64,000 nt of DNA from Candidatus Onthousia faecipullorum (GCA_018715925.1 DVKQ01000008.1:1562-65561), one strand, 5' to 3'. Positions 1 to 9,276 are shown, numbered from the stretch's first letter. Notes: generated from the sequence alone by a model not told the origin. Numbers and translations are program-made.

Positions 1-282
1 TACCTTTGGAAGTGGCTTTTCTTTCTTTTCTTCTTCCAAATCAATAAAATCATCATCTAAAATTGCTTTGAACTTAAAATCTTTATTAGGTGATTCATTT
101 TTAGGTTCTTCTTTCTCTTCTTCAACAATAAGTTCTTCCTTAGGTGCAACTTTTTTAGGCTTATCTTCAACTATTATTTTTTTAGCAATAGGTTTTTCTT
201 TACTTTTCACCTCTTTTTTTTCTTCCACTTCTACATATTCTTCTTCAAAAAGAGCATTTTTTAGTTTATCTAATAGCTTCAT
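1..282 (-). CDS. partial CDS (first 94 aa; continues past window start), Lys/Glu-rich, SepF-like N-terminus
   Basis: ATG at 280-282 on the minus strand is preceded by an AGGTGGAG RBS and the frame stays open to the window edge. N-terminus MKLLDKLKNALFEEEYVEVEE resembles the SepF N-terminal amphipathic helix. It is absent from the supplied ORF track because there is no stop codon in the window. Confidence 0.35.
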   Translation of the reverse strand, partial: MKLLDKLKNALFEEEYVEVEEKKEVKSKEKPIAKKIIVEDKPKKVAPKEELIVEEEKEEPKNESPNKDFKFKAILDDDFIDLEEEKKEKPLPKV

Positions 283-299
283 TATAGACTCCACCTTTC

Positions 300-977
300 C
301 TAGTTTTCTTCTATTTCTATTCTGTCTTCGCTTGTATTATTGTTACCATAGCCCTCATAGATACCATATCTTTCCTCATATTCTAGATATGTATCTTTAG
401 TAGCAGTATTTCCTTTAGGTTTCATAACGTCGTATGTATCTTCTTTATAATTTAAGACGTTATTTCCTATAAGACTTTCTAAAACATTTCTGTTAAATTC
501 TAAAGATTTTAAAATACTACTCATATTTATAATAGCACTTTTTATCTCATTTTCTTTAACAAATGCTTCTATTTTACCATAATTATACATGTATTCTATA
601 AAATATACATCTGTATCTTCTATTTTTGTTATTTCTAAGTATCCTTTTTTATCATTGTAATTTAATTCTTTAGAAAAATAAGCTTTATTATTTACTTCAT
701 ATTCAACTTTTTCTTCATTGTAGAAACTTACAACATCGATATAGAAATAGTAGGTATTGTTATATTCATCTTTTAAGATAGCATTGTATTCATCTTTATT
801 TATTAGACGTAAGCCTTTTGGAATATAGTATTTATATCCTTCAAAGACATTGTTAGATAGATTAGTATCAGACTCTAACATAACATTAACTACTTCATCT
901 ATACTCATATTTGTTAAGTTAGTACATCCTGTTAGAGTTAAAATAGATATTATTAATAGTATTATTTTCTTTTTCAA
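300..977 (-). CDS. putative lipoprotein (signal peptide plus lipobox LTGC)
   Basis: N-terminus MKKKIILLIISILTLTGC is a typical Sec/SPII signal with a lipobox cysteine. Confidence 0.6.
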   Translation of the reverse strand: MKKKIILLIISILTLTGCTNLTNMSIDEVVNVMLESDTNLSNNVFEGYKYYIPKGLRLINKDEYNAILKDEYNNTYYFYIDVVSFYNEEKVEYEVNNKAYFSKELNYNDKKGYLEITKIEDTDVYFIEYMYNYGKIEAFVKENEIKSAIINMSSILKSLEFNRNVLESLIGNNVLNYKEDTYDVMKPKGNTATKDTYLEYEERYGIYEGYGNNNTSEDRIEIEEN

Positions 978-1026
978 TATGCAACACCTACTCTTTTATA
1001 ATTATATCAAATAACTATTTAGTTTG

Positions 1027-1653
1027 TCACTTCTTTTGTGCAAAAAGATGATAGACATTTTTCCCCTCTTTGCTAAAACGCATCTCATATTCACTCATAA
1101 TTATATCAGTATCAGTTTTATGATAGTCAAATGATATATCGCTTAAAGCATAGCCTTTAGAACTTAATGTTTCAAGGGAATAGATAAATAGATTTTCATT
1201 ATCTGTTTTCATTTCTATTCTTTTAGTATCTTTAAATAATAAATCATATTTATCAAGAAATATTTTACTAGTTAAGCGTCTATCATGCCATCTTTTCTTA
1301 GGCCATGGATCTGAGAAGTTTAAATAGATTAAATCTATTTCTTTAGAGAAAACTTTATCTATATCTAGAGCATTCATTCTAATTAGTTTTAAGTTTTCTA
1401 TACTATCAGGTATTTTTTTTATCGCTTTAGCCATAACACTATCAAATCTTTCTATACCTATATAGTTAATATTAGGGTACTTAAGAGCATTTTCTAAGAT
1501 GAATTTTCCCTTTCCCATACCTATTTCAATATAGATGGGATTATCATTATTAAATAAGCTTTTCCATTTGCCTTTAAATTCTTCAGGATTTTTTATTAAA
1601 TATTTACAATTATTTAATATTTCTTCTTTATCTTTAACATTTCTTAATCGCAT
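1027..1653 (-). CDS. trmB: tRNA (guanine-N7)-methyltransferase
   Basis: Translation contains the TrmB SAM-binding motif IEIGMGKGKF and the family length is right (208 aa). Confidence 0.85.
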   Translation of the reverse strand: MRLRNVKDKEEILNNCKYLIKNPEEFKGKWKSLFNNDNPIYIEIGMGKGKFILENALKYPNINYIGIERFDSVMAKAIKKIPDSIENLKLIRMNALDIDKVFSKEIDLIYLNFSDPWPKKRWHDRRLTSKIFLDKYDLLFKDTKRIEMKTDNENLFIYSLETLSSKGYALSDISFDYHKTDTDIIMSEYEMRFSKEGKNVYHLFAQKK

Positions 1654-1738
1654 AATAATTCCTCCAAGTCATATAGCATATTTTATCATAAATAACAGAA
1701 CTATGGAATAAAATAAACCAGAAAGTGAGGTTAAATTT

Positions 1739-1981
1739 ATGAATCAAGGTATGCCTATGTGGCCAATGAATCCAAATATGAACCCAGGAATGGGCCCTAA
1801 TTTTAATAATAGTATTAATCAAAGACTTAATAGTTTGGAAAATCAAGTAAATAGGCTTGAAAGACAAATGAGAAGACTTGAGAATAGAGTTAATAGAATA
1901 GAGTCTACTATGATTAGTCCAAGGAACTATGATAGTCAATCTACTGGTTATGGCAATAGTAATGATAAATATATGATGTAA
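1739..1981 (+). CDS. small protein with a Pro/Asn/Met-rich N-terminus and a coiled-coil heptad region
   Basis: 80-aa ORF (MNQGMPMWPMNPNMNPGMGP... then QVNRLERQMRRLENRVNRIES) followed immediately by a rho-independent terminator. It is divergent from trmB. Confidence 0.5.
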   Translation: MNQGMPMWPMNPNMNPGMGPNFNNSINQRLNSLENQVNRLERQMRRLENRVNRIESTMISPRNYDSQSTGYGNSNDKYMM

Positions 1982-2003
1982 GAGCGAAAGCTCTTTTTTA
2001 AAT
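1981..2003 (+). terminator. rho-independent terminator of the small ORF
   Basis: Hairpin AGAGC-GAAA-GCTCT followed by TTTTTT. Confidence 0.6.
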
Positions 2004-2075
2004 GGCAAAATTTTGGGTATACTAAAATTGACAGTTAATGTTAAATAAATTATACTTTATATAGGAAGTGAACAT

Positions 2076-3377
2076 ATGGAATTAAGAGTTTTAGAAAAAA
2101 AAGAATATGAAGAATTTGTTAAGTATAATCCTTATAAGAGTCACTTTTTACAGTCTTATGATTGGGGGTGCCTTGTAAAGAAAGAAAGAGGACTTACTCC
2201 TTATTATTTAGGACTTCTTGATAATGGAAAAATAGTAGGAGCGACTCTTTTACTTAAGAAAAGTCTTCCTTTAGGATTATGCTATTTATATGCTCCAAGA
2301 GGGTATGTACTTAACTTTAGTGATGTAAAAATACTAGACAAGTTTACAGAAGAAGTTGTAAAATTTGCTAAGAGGAAGAAAGCTATTTACGTAAAGATTG
2401 ATCCTGATATTATTTGGAAAAAGGAAGATTATAAGGGTGAAGTAGTAGAAGTTGAATCTAAAGATAAGAAGATTTATAAGGAATTACTTAGACTAGGTTA
2501 TAAACATTTAGGATTTACAAAGAATTTTGAAACTGCTCAGCCTAGATATACTTTTAGAATAGATTTAAATCAGTCTATGGATGAAATAGAGAGTCATTTT
2601 TCTAAGACAACTAAACAAAGAATTGCTAAGTCTATTAAACTTAAGACTAAAGTTGAGATAGGAGATGAAAAAGATTTAGAGACTTTCTATCATTTAATGA
2701 TGTTAACAGAAGAGAGAAAAGATTTTGTTTCTTATGATATTAATTATTATAAGACTTTATATAAGTTATTTAATGAAGATAATAAGGCTACTTTATTCTT
2801 AGGTAAAGTTAATATAAAGGATAGTTTAGAAGTATTAAAAAATGATTTATTATATGTTAATAAGAAAATAGATGAACTACCTAAAGAAAATATGTCTAAG
2901 AGTGCTAAAAATAAACTTAAGGAACTTTCTAGACAGAAAGAAAATTTAGAAAAAGAAGTAGATAAGTACTTTAATTATTTAAAAGAATATGGAGATGAAG
3001 TTACACTTTCTGCTCATATGATTTTAGAGTATGGAGATAAAGCTTGGGTTTTATATGCAGGTAATCATAATATATTAACAGAAACTTATGTTAATTATCA
3101 TACTTATTATGAACATTTAAAGTTTTGCAAAGATAGAGGATTAAAAATCTATGATCAGTTTGGTACTATTGGAGATTTATCTAAAGATAATCCAAGACTT
3201 GGGTTACATGAATTTAAGAAAAAATTTGGTGGTGACTATATTGAGTTCATGGGAGAGTTTGATTATGTAGTTAAACCTATTTATTACTTTGCTTTTACTA
3301 AGTTAGTACCTATATATAGAAATATGATTAAGAAAAGAAAGAAGAAGGAACTTAAAGTGGAAGTTGCAAAAAAGTAG
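2076..3377 (+). CDS. FemAB-family peptidoglycan interpeptide-bridge peptidyltransferase (FemX-like)
   Basis: 433 aa. N-terminus MELRVLEKKEYEEF plus a central coiled-coil insert and a C-terminal GNAT-like fold fit the FemABX family. A paralog lies at 6835-8085. Confidence 0.8.
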   Translation: MELRVLEKKEYEEFVKYNPYKSHFLQSYDWGCLVKKERGLTPYYLGLLDNGKIVGATLLLKKSLPLGLCYLYAPRGYVLNFSDVKILDKFTEEVVKFAKRKKAIYVKIDPDIIWKKEDYKGEVVEVESKDKKIYKELLRLGYKHLGFTKNFETAQPRYTFRIDLNQSMDEIESHFSKTTKQRIAKSIKLKTKVEIGDEKDLETFYHLMMLTEERKDFVSYDINYYKTLYKLFNEDNKATLFLGKVNIKDSLEVLKNDLLYVNKKIDELPKENMSKSAKNKLKELSRQKENLEKEVDKYFNYLKEYGDEVTLSAHMILEYGDKAWVLYAGNHNILTETYVNYHTYYEHLKFCKDRGLKIYDQFGTIGDLSKDNPRLGLHEFKKKFGGDYIEFMGEFDYVVKPIYYFAFTKLVPIYRNMIKKRKKKELKVEVAKK

Positions 3378-3467
3378 AGATGATAACTCATTTCTACTTT
3401 TTATAATTCGAGTGTCATTAATATTGGTAAGTGATCACTATATTTTTATATGTTTCTTTATTTATAT

Positions 3468-4478
3468 TTACTTTAACTCAAAACTTATTTTACCTTTGCC
3501 ACTAGATGAAATAATTGTAGCGATAGAACCGTTTATTATTGTAAGCCTAGGAGAAACATGTCCTATATCTGTATTAATAATAATTGGTATGTTTAATTCT
3601 TGTAAAGATTTACTTATCGCTTCTTCATAAGAAATGTCATAATAACTATTACATGCAAATACTCTACTAAAAAGTATACCTTTAGTATATTTAAAATATC
3701 CATTATCTTTTAATTTCCAAAGAGTTCTAATAAGAGATTCACTAGATAACTCACATACATCAAAGTACCAGATAATCCCTTCATCTTTATATTTTTCTAA
3801 AAAGTTTTTAGTATTATCAAATCTAGTACCAAAAAGTTCTGTGATAAGGTCAAGACATCCTCCTATTATTCTTCCTTTTATATTGATAACTTCTTCATTA
3901 TTTAGATTTTTCCAGTAAACTTTCTTAGTTAAGTTATATGGTTCTAAACCTGTTATTAATTCTTTATCTTCTTCATACTTAGAAAAACTTTTTTGTTCTA
4001 TAATATTTCCTTTTAATATTTCTAGATTGTTTTCTAATGATTTATGCCAAGGTTCCATACCAAATGTTTTAAAATTATCACTGTATATAGTTGCAATATC
4101 TAAGTTAGTAGTAATCGTAAATAGCAGACCTGTTGGATCAGAATATCCTTGTATCCATTTAGGATTATCTTTAATAATCTTAAAATCTACTTCACTTAAC
4201 ATTTCAAGTAGGAAGGCTCCTCCACTAGTACATATTATTGCTTTAACATCTTTATCTTTATAAAGTCTTTCTAACTCACGTGCTCTTTCTTCACTTGAAC
4301 TACTTCTTCCTTTAATACTATATCTAACATTAGGTGTTTCTTTTATCTTGAAGCCCCGCTTCTCGAAATTTTTAATAGCATTATCTAGTCTTTTAAGTTT
4401 AACTTCATCAGTAATTCCGTCTGATGGTGCAGTTACACCAATAGTATCGTATTCTTTTAGAAATTCTGGATAAATCAT
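3468..4478 (-). CDS. LD-carboxypeptidase (peptidase S66 family)
   Basis: S66 family signatures (IICTSGG region, C-terminal His region). Start trimmed to the ATG at 4476-4478, which has a GGAGGA RBS. It overlaps the upstream gene's stop as ATGA. Confidence 0.7.
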   Translation of the reverse strand: MIYPEFLKEYDTIGVTAPSDGITDEVKLKRLDNAIKNFEKRGFKIKETPNVRYSIKGRSSSSEERARELERLYKDKDVKAIICTSGGAFLLEMLSEVDFKIIKDNPKWIQGYSDPTGLLFTITTNLDIATIYSDNFKTFGMEPWHKSLENNLEILKGNIIEQKSFSKYEEDKELITGLEPYNLTKKVYWKNLNNEEVINIKGRIIGGCLDLITELFGTRFDNTKNFLEKYKDEGIIWYFDVCELSSESLIRTLWKLKDNGYFKYTKGILFSRVFACNSYYDISYEEAISKSLQELNIPIIINTDIGHVSPRLTIINGSIATIISSSGKGKISFELK

Positions 4479-5071
4479 AATTCCTCCTCTTTCCATGGTA
4501 TTATTGTTAGTTTAGGCCAGTTCTTTTTCCATTTTTCTACTTTCTTATTGTAATCTTCCTCTTTAAAATCTATCTTTACTGGTCTTATTATCATATTAAA
4601 CAAATCATTAAGTCCATAAGGTGCATCTACTATTAAGTTACCATCTTCTAGTCTTACACCTATACAAGTTATAGTTGTACCCCATCTTGAAATAGCATCT
4701 TCTAAACTAGTGTATGGCTTTCTGTTATCATTATATTTCTTATTATACCAAAGATGTACTCTTGCTTCATTTTTAATATCAACATCTACATCTATATCTT
4801 TTAAAAGTTCTTTAATATATTTGATTACTAGATTTTCTTTTTCATAAGATAAATCTTCATCATAATAGATGATATCATAATCTTTAATATTTGCATCTAT
4901 TTTAAAATTATGAAGATAGTTAAAGATTGTCTGGTTAATTGCACCTGCTCCTACATAATAATTTTTTAAATTAGATTTTTCTAATCTTGTTAATATTTCT
5001 TTTAGAGTCTTATTCTTAAATAATATCTCTTCTAAATCTTTTAATTGTTCATTTAAATTCTTACTAGTCAT
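4475..5071 (-). CDS. minimal nucleotidyltransferase-fold protein
   Basis: Gly-rich GAGAINQ followed by a DYDIIYYDED acidic motif, typical of the pol-beta-like NTase fold. Translationally coupled to the flanking genes. Confidence 0.45.
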   Translation of the reverse strand: MTSKNLNEQLKDLEEILFKNKTLKEILTRLEKSNLKNYYVGAGAINQTIFNYLHNFKIDANIKDYDIIYYDEDLSYEKENLVIKYIKELLKDIDVDVDIKNEARVHLWYNKKYNDNRKPYTSLEDAISRWGTTITCIGVRLEDGNLIVDAPYGLNDLFNMIIRPVKIDFKEEDYNKKVEKWKKNWPKLTIIPWKEEEL

Positions 5072-6743
5072 GTTTTTTCCTTCTTAACTTACTCATTATC
5101 TTATTAACTAGTTCACTTCCAAATATTTCATCTATTAATTTAAATTTATGAGCGATAAAGAAGTAAGTAGCAGCACCGATTACTGAGTAGATGACAATTA
5201 TTGGAACGTTTAATAGTCTAGATGATGTATAAATAGGTATAACTAGTTTTACTAAAAGTAATACTACTATCATTGCAATATCTGCTATTAATATTTTACC
5301 TAATAATTTTAAAGTTGGCATGTAACTAACACCACATTTTCTTCTTAAGAAGATAAGACATAATATTATACCTACTACATAACCTAGAATTGTGGCTGTA
5401 ATAGAACCATAGACAGGTACTAAGCCTAAATTATTAAATAAATTTATTAATGGTACATTTAAAACTAATTTTAGTACTACTCCTACTACTAAAGAGATAA
5501 ATACTTCTTTATAATATTTTAATACTTGGACAATTGAAACTAATGATGTATAGGTTGAAATAATTAAACCTACAAAGACAAAGTATTTTAAAATAACCGC
5601 TCCATATTCACTATTATTTCCATAGAATACTTCCCATACTGGTTCACTTAAGAAAGATAATCCTAAAGTCATAGGAACTGATATAAATAATAATACTTGA
5701 AGTGTTTGATTTATCTTATGATGAACATCTTTTTTATCTCCTTTTACAGATGATGATGTAAGATTTGGGATTAAACTTATAATAATACCTGTAGAAATTG
5801 CGACTATTATCATATTTATTTTATTACCCCATGTAGATATTACACTCATGATATTTTCAGCTTGTAAAGTTGTATAGCCTACATCATTCGCTAGTGTCTT
5901 TACAAGAGTTGTCATGTCAATAAAGTCATAACATGATTTAAAGATATCTATCATAATAAATGGTAGAGAATACCAAAATATTTTAATTAATATCTCTTTA
6001 GTTTTAATTAGAGGTTCATCTACTTTAAGTGGTTTAGCTTTTAGTTGTTTTTTATTTTTCCTAACTTTATCTAATAGATAGAAGTATGCAAATATGGCTC
6101 CTGCAGTCGCACCAAATACGGCTATACCTACTCCTGTTTGTAAAGATAAGTTAAAGACGTTAATAGCAAGATAACTTCCTAAGACAATGATAATTACTCT
6201 TACTAATTGTTCTAAGACTTGACTAATTGAAGGTGGTGTTATAAATTTATGTCCTTCTAAGTAACCTCTATATATACTAAGACTTGGTACTATTAATATC
6301 GCTGTAGATATTACTCTTACAACCATTGTTACATCTTCTAGAGAATTTCCACCTTCTAGGTCACCAATAATCGCTTCTGCTATATTAGGAGCGAAAATGA
6401 AAAGGATTAAGAATATTATTATACCAAGGATAACAACTATCTTTCTTCCTAGTTTGAAGGCTCTTTCTTTAGCATTGTAATAACCTAGGGTTTGATATTC
6501 ACTAATTATTTTACTAATAGCATAAGGAATACCAGCACAGCTTAATGATTGGAATAGATTATAAATTGTATAAGCATAACCATATAAGGCTCCACCTTGT
6601 CCTCCTATAATAGCATAAAATGGTATTACATAAAGTATGCCTAATACTTTACTACCTACTATTCCCATAGTTGCAATAAATGCTCCATTTAAAAAAGAGT
6701 TCTGTTTTAGTTCTTTATTCTTTTTAGTCTTAGTTTTTGCCAT
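5064..6743 (-). CDS. MOP-superfamily polysaccharide/lipid II flippase (MurJ/SpoVB/Wzx-like)
   Basis: 559-aa polytopic membrane protein with about 14 TM segments and the basic C-terminus typical of MurJ/SpoVB-like proteins. It sits between two FemAB genes. Confidence 0.7.
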   Translation of the reverse strand: MAKTKTKKNKELKQNSFLNGAFIATMGIVGSKVLGILYVIPFYAIIGGQGGALYGYAYTIYNLFQSLSCAGIPYAISKIISEYQTLGYYNAKERAFKLGRKIVVILGIIIFLILFIFAPNIAEAIIGDLEGGNSLEDVTMVVRVISTAILIVPSLSIYRGYLEGHKFITPPSISQVLEQLVRVIIIVLGSYLAINVFNLSLQTGVGIAVFGATAGAIFAYFYLLDKVRKNKKQLKAKPLKVDEPLIKTKEILIKIFWYSLPFIMIDIFKSCYDFIDMTTLVKTLANDVGYTTLQAENIMSVISTWGNKINMIIVAISTGIIISLIPNLTSSSVKGDKKDVHHKINQTLQVLLFISVPMTLGLSFLSEPVWEVFYGNNSEYGAVILKYFVFVGLIISTYTSLVSIVQVLKYYKEVFISLVVGVVLKLVLNVPLINLFNNLGLVPVYGSITATILGYVVGIILCLIFLRRKCGVSYMPTLKLLGKILIADIAMIVVLLLVKLVIPIYTSSRLLNVPIIVIYSVIGAATYFFIAHKFKLIDEIFGSELVNKIMSKLRRKKHD

Positions 6744-6834
6744 GTTATCGCCTCCAATTTCTTTAAATATAATATCATATTATTGAAAAGTTTTAAAGTA
6801 ACTTGTATAATTAAAGAAGATAGAGGTGATTTTT

Positions 6835-8085
6835 GTGGAACTTAGAGAACTTACAAAAAAGGAATTTGATAATTATGCAATTAATCACCCCTTAGGTAGT
6901 TTTCAACAGACAAGTGCTTGGGGGAGATTTATGGAAGGAGATAAATTTCATGCTTATTATGTAGGTGGATTTATTAATGAGAAAATAGTAGGCGCTAGTA
7001 TGCTTCTTTCTTACGAGAGAAAAAAGAAAAAAGAACGAATATTTTATGCTCCAAGAGGTTTTTTAATAGATTATAAGAATGAAGAACTATTAAAAGAGTT
7101 CACTGAAGAAGTTAAAAAGTTTATTATAGAAAAACACGGAGTATTCTTAAAAATAGACCCTTATATTTTAGTAAGAGATAGAGATAGTGAAGGTAATATT
7201 ATAGATGGTGGTGTTTATAATGACTTTGTAGAGATTAATTTAGCCCATGCTAATTTTATTAAGGTTAATGATAAAATACAACCTAAGTGGCTTAGTAGAA
7301 TTAATTTAAAAGATAAAAGTATAGATGATGTTTTTAATAACTTTAGTCCTAAAGCAAGGCAGACTGTTAGAAGAAATAAAAGACTTGGATTTAAAGTGCG
7401 TGATTTTGATTTTAAAGATATAGATAGATTTTTAAGTATTATAAATGAAGAAAGTAATAGATATAATACTATTATACCTACAAAGATTTTTTATGAAGAT
7501 TTAAAACAATCTTTTGATGGTAATATTCAGTTTAGGGAAGTTTATTTTAAGAAGGATGAAGTTATTAATAATATTGATAAGATGATTTCAGAGGTAATAA
7601 AAGAAAAAGAAGTTAGAACAAGTAATTATCACAACTCAAAGATGACAGCAGAATATTTTATTGATAAAGAATTAGAGGATGAAGAAGAGATTAAAAGATT
7701 AGAGAGGTTAAAAGAATATTTTTCTAAATGTAGTGATGATGCTAGTATGGGTATTTATATGTTTATAACTTTAGGTAATGAAGTTGTAGCATTAAATGGA
7801 GGAATTGTAGATGAGTATAATAAATTAGATGCTTCTTATACACTTCATTATGAGATGATTAAGTATGCAATAGAGAATGGTTATAAGTATTATAATTTGT
7901 ATGAAATTGGTAATATAACTGATGATAATAACAAATTAAAAAATTCATACAACTATAAAAAGAACTTTGGTGGTGAAGTTGTTGAATTAGTTGGGGAGTA
8001 TGATTTAGTAATTAATCCTAAATATACTGATATGGCAAGAAAGTATTTTCCAGAGTATTTAGGAGTTAAGACTATATTTAAGTAG
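6835..8085 (+). CDS. FemAB-family peptidyltransferase, second paralog
   Basis: A GTG start at 6835 gives the N-terminus (M)ELRELTKKEF, parallel to MELRVLEKKEY of the first paralog, with an AGAGGTGA RBS upstream. Family-wide similarity. Confidence 0.8.
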   Translation: MELRELTKKEFDNYAINHPLGSFQQTSAWGRFMEGDKFHAYYVGGFINEKIVGASMLLSYERKKKKERIFYAPRGFLIDYKNEELLKEFTEEVKKFIIEKHGVFLKIDPYILVRDRDSEGNIIDGGVYNDFVEINLAHANFIKVNDKIQPKWLSRINLKDKSIDDVFNNFSPKARQTVRRNKRLGFKVRDFDFKDIDRFLSIINEESNRYNTIIPTKIFYEDLKQSFDGNIQFREVYFKKDEVINNIDKMISEVIKEKEVRTSNYHNSKMTAEYFIDKELEDEEEIKRLERLKEYFSKCSDDASMGIYMFITLGNEVVALNGGIVDEYNKLDASYTLHYEMIKYAIENGYKYYNLYEIGNITDDNNKLKNSYNYKKNFGGEVVELVGEYDLVINPKYTDMARKYFPEYLGVKTIFK

Positions 8086-8103
8086 TTTTACACATCTGAT
8101 ACT

Positions 8104-8132
8104 TTGACATCTATATAAAAGTATGATATTAT
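8104..8132 (+). promoter_or_regulatory. consensus sigma-A promoter (TTGACA-17-TATTAT) driving the putative sRNA
   Basis: TTGACA at 8104-8109, a 17-nt spacer, TATTAT at 8127-8132. Identical in copy 2. Confidence 0.55.
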
Positions 8133-8139
8133 GTATTTG

Positions 8140-8250
8140 TCAAAGAAAATGACATAAAATAAAAATGAATACATCTATTAGAATAGATGCTTTCATAAAA
8201 ATAGTTTTTAAGGGCATCTAATTCCCAAAGGAATTAGATGTTATTATTAT
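8140..8250 (+). ncRNA. putative ~110-nt antisense/antitoxin-like sRNA, copy 1
   Basis: Predicted transcript from the promoter above to the perfect hairpin GCATCTAATTCC-CAAA-GGAATTAGATG (8214-8240) plus a U-rich tail. Its 3' end overlaps the stop codon of the convergent peptide ORF. Confidence 0.35.
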
Positions 8251-8324
8251 CTATAGATAAGAGAGATAATAATGAATAGCAAAATAATGATAATTATGAA
8301 AAATGATTTTTCTCGTTTATTCAT
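8247..8324 (-). CDS. 25-aa hydrophobic peptide MNKREKSFFIIIIILLFIIISLIYR (type I toxin-like)
   Basis: Strong SD GAAAGGAG 7-8 nt upstream of the ATG. A single predicted TM helix follows a charged N-terminus. The copy-2 paralog differs mostly by synonymous substitutions. An extended -10 promoter TGATATACT lies upstream on the minus strand (8397-8405). Confidence 0.45.
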   Translation of the reverse strand: MNKREKSFFIIIIILLFIIISLIYR

Positions 8325-8407
8325 ATATCTTGCTCCTTTCTTTTATTTTTATTAATAAAAGAAAGCATCTAATTCCAAATAAATGTATTCATATATAGTA
8401 TATCATT

Positions 8408-8440
8408 AAACCCGTATCTTTCATAGTACGGGTTTTCGTA
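8408..8440. terminator. hairpin AAACCCGTA-N-TACGGGTTT with flanking U-rich tracts (terminator of the 193-aa gene; module boundary)
   Basis: 9-bp GC-containing stem with T-runs on both strands, directly downstream of the minus-strand stop at 8469. Identical in copy 2. Confidence 0.5.
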
Positions 8441-8468
8441 AATGCATTATTTGTAATATCAATTTATT

Positions 8469-9050
8469 TTAGTTTTTTTGAACGTCTCTTTTTGACATAT
8501 CAGAATATGGTTTAGAATCTTCTTCGTCACGATTATAACCATAAATGCCAAAACTATCGGCCATTTCATATATTAATGTTTCATGTGAACAATGTATATC
8601 GTCATTTTTAGACATAACATCTAAAATATCAGATATTACTTGGTCTTTAGGTAATCCTAACATTTTATAATGTTCATTATCAAAGTCACTTAAATCCCAG
8701 AAACTTTTATCTGTAATAAATTTACTTTGATATAGTTTTCTTTCATGGAAAAATAAAGTGGCAATAGTTGCAATATGTTTAGTACCAGCATCTTCTTTAT
8801 TAAATCCTGCCCATTCTAAATCATCTAAAAGTCTTTGTCTAATACTTTGTTTTTGTACATGATATAAATAATTTTTAGCTTCACGATAATCATCTCTTGA
8901 AGAAAGCTCTTCCTTAGGATACTTACCTTCCATATACTCTACCCAAGATCTAACCTTATTATATTCTTCTGATTTTTTATAAACTTCTTTACAGGAAGCA
9001 CCAACTACTTCTTTTCTAAGGTCTGCAAATATTTTTTTATCATACATCAT
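8469..9050 (-). CDS. hypothetical protein (193 aa), no recognised domain
   Basis: GGGGG RBS upstream. A TTAACA-N17-TATAAT promoter on the minus strand at about 9080-9112. It is flanked by the two module copies. Confidence 0.6.
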   Translation of the reverse strand: MMYDKKIFADLRKEVVGASCKEVYKKSEEYNKVRSWVEYMEGKYPKEELSSRDDYREAKNYLYHVQKQSIRQRLLDDLEWAGFNKEDAGTKHIATIATLFFHERKLYQSKFITDKSFWDLSDFDNEHYKMLGLPKDQVISDILDVMSKNDDIHCSHETLIYEMADSFGIYGYNRDEEDSKPYSDMSKRDVQKN

Positions 9051-9129
9051 AATATAATTCCCCCTTTAAGTAATATGTGCATATTATAACACTAACCATA
9101 TTTAATGTTAATTTTTCTTATTTGATACT

Positions 9130-9158
9130 TTGACATCAATATAAAATTATGATATTAT
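9130..9158 (+). promoter_or_regulatory. consensus sigma-A promoter (TTGACA-17-TATTAT), copy 2
   Basis: TTGACA at 9130-9135 and TATTAT at 9153-9158. Confidence 0.55.
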
Positions 9159-9165
9159 GTATTTA

Positions 9166-9276
9166 GCAAAGAGATTTGCATAAAATAAAAATGAATACAT
9201 CTATTAGAATAGATGCTTTCATAGAATGGTTTATAAGCATCTAATTCCCAAAGGAATTAGATGTCTTATTTATATG
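9166..9276 (+). ncRNA. putative antisense/antitoxin-like sRNA, copy 2
   Basis: Same architecture as copy 1, with the hairpin at 9237-9263. Confidence 0.35.

Larger units (their letters stand above)
8095..8468. repeat. copy 1 of a ~375-bp duplicated module (sRNA promoter, sRNA, hairpin, small peptide ORF, terminator)
   Basis: Direct repeat of 9122-9499. Non-coding blocks are >95% identical while the embedded peptide ORF has diverged. Confidence 0.8.

Noticed and set aside
68-400. 110-aa plus-strand ORF rich in S/F/L
   Set aside because: Low-complexity translation antisense to the better-supported minus-strand sepF-like and lipoprotein genes. No RBS.
1634-2008. 124-aa minus-strand ORF overlapping the 80-aa plus-strand ORF
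   Set aside because: It runs through the plus-strand terminator hairpin and the trmB promoter region and has no RBS. The plus-strand ORF with its clean terminator is preferred.
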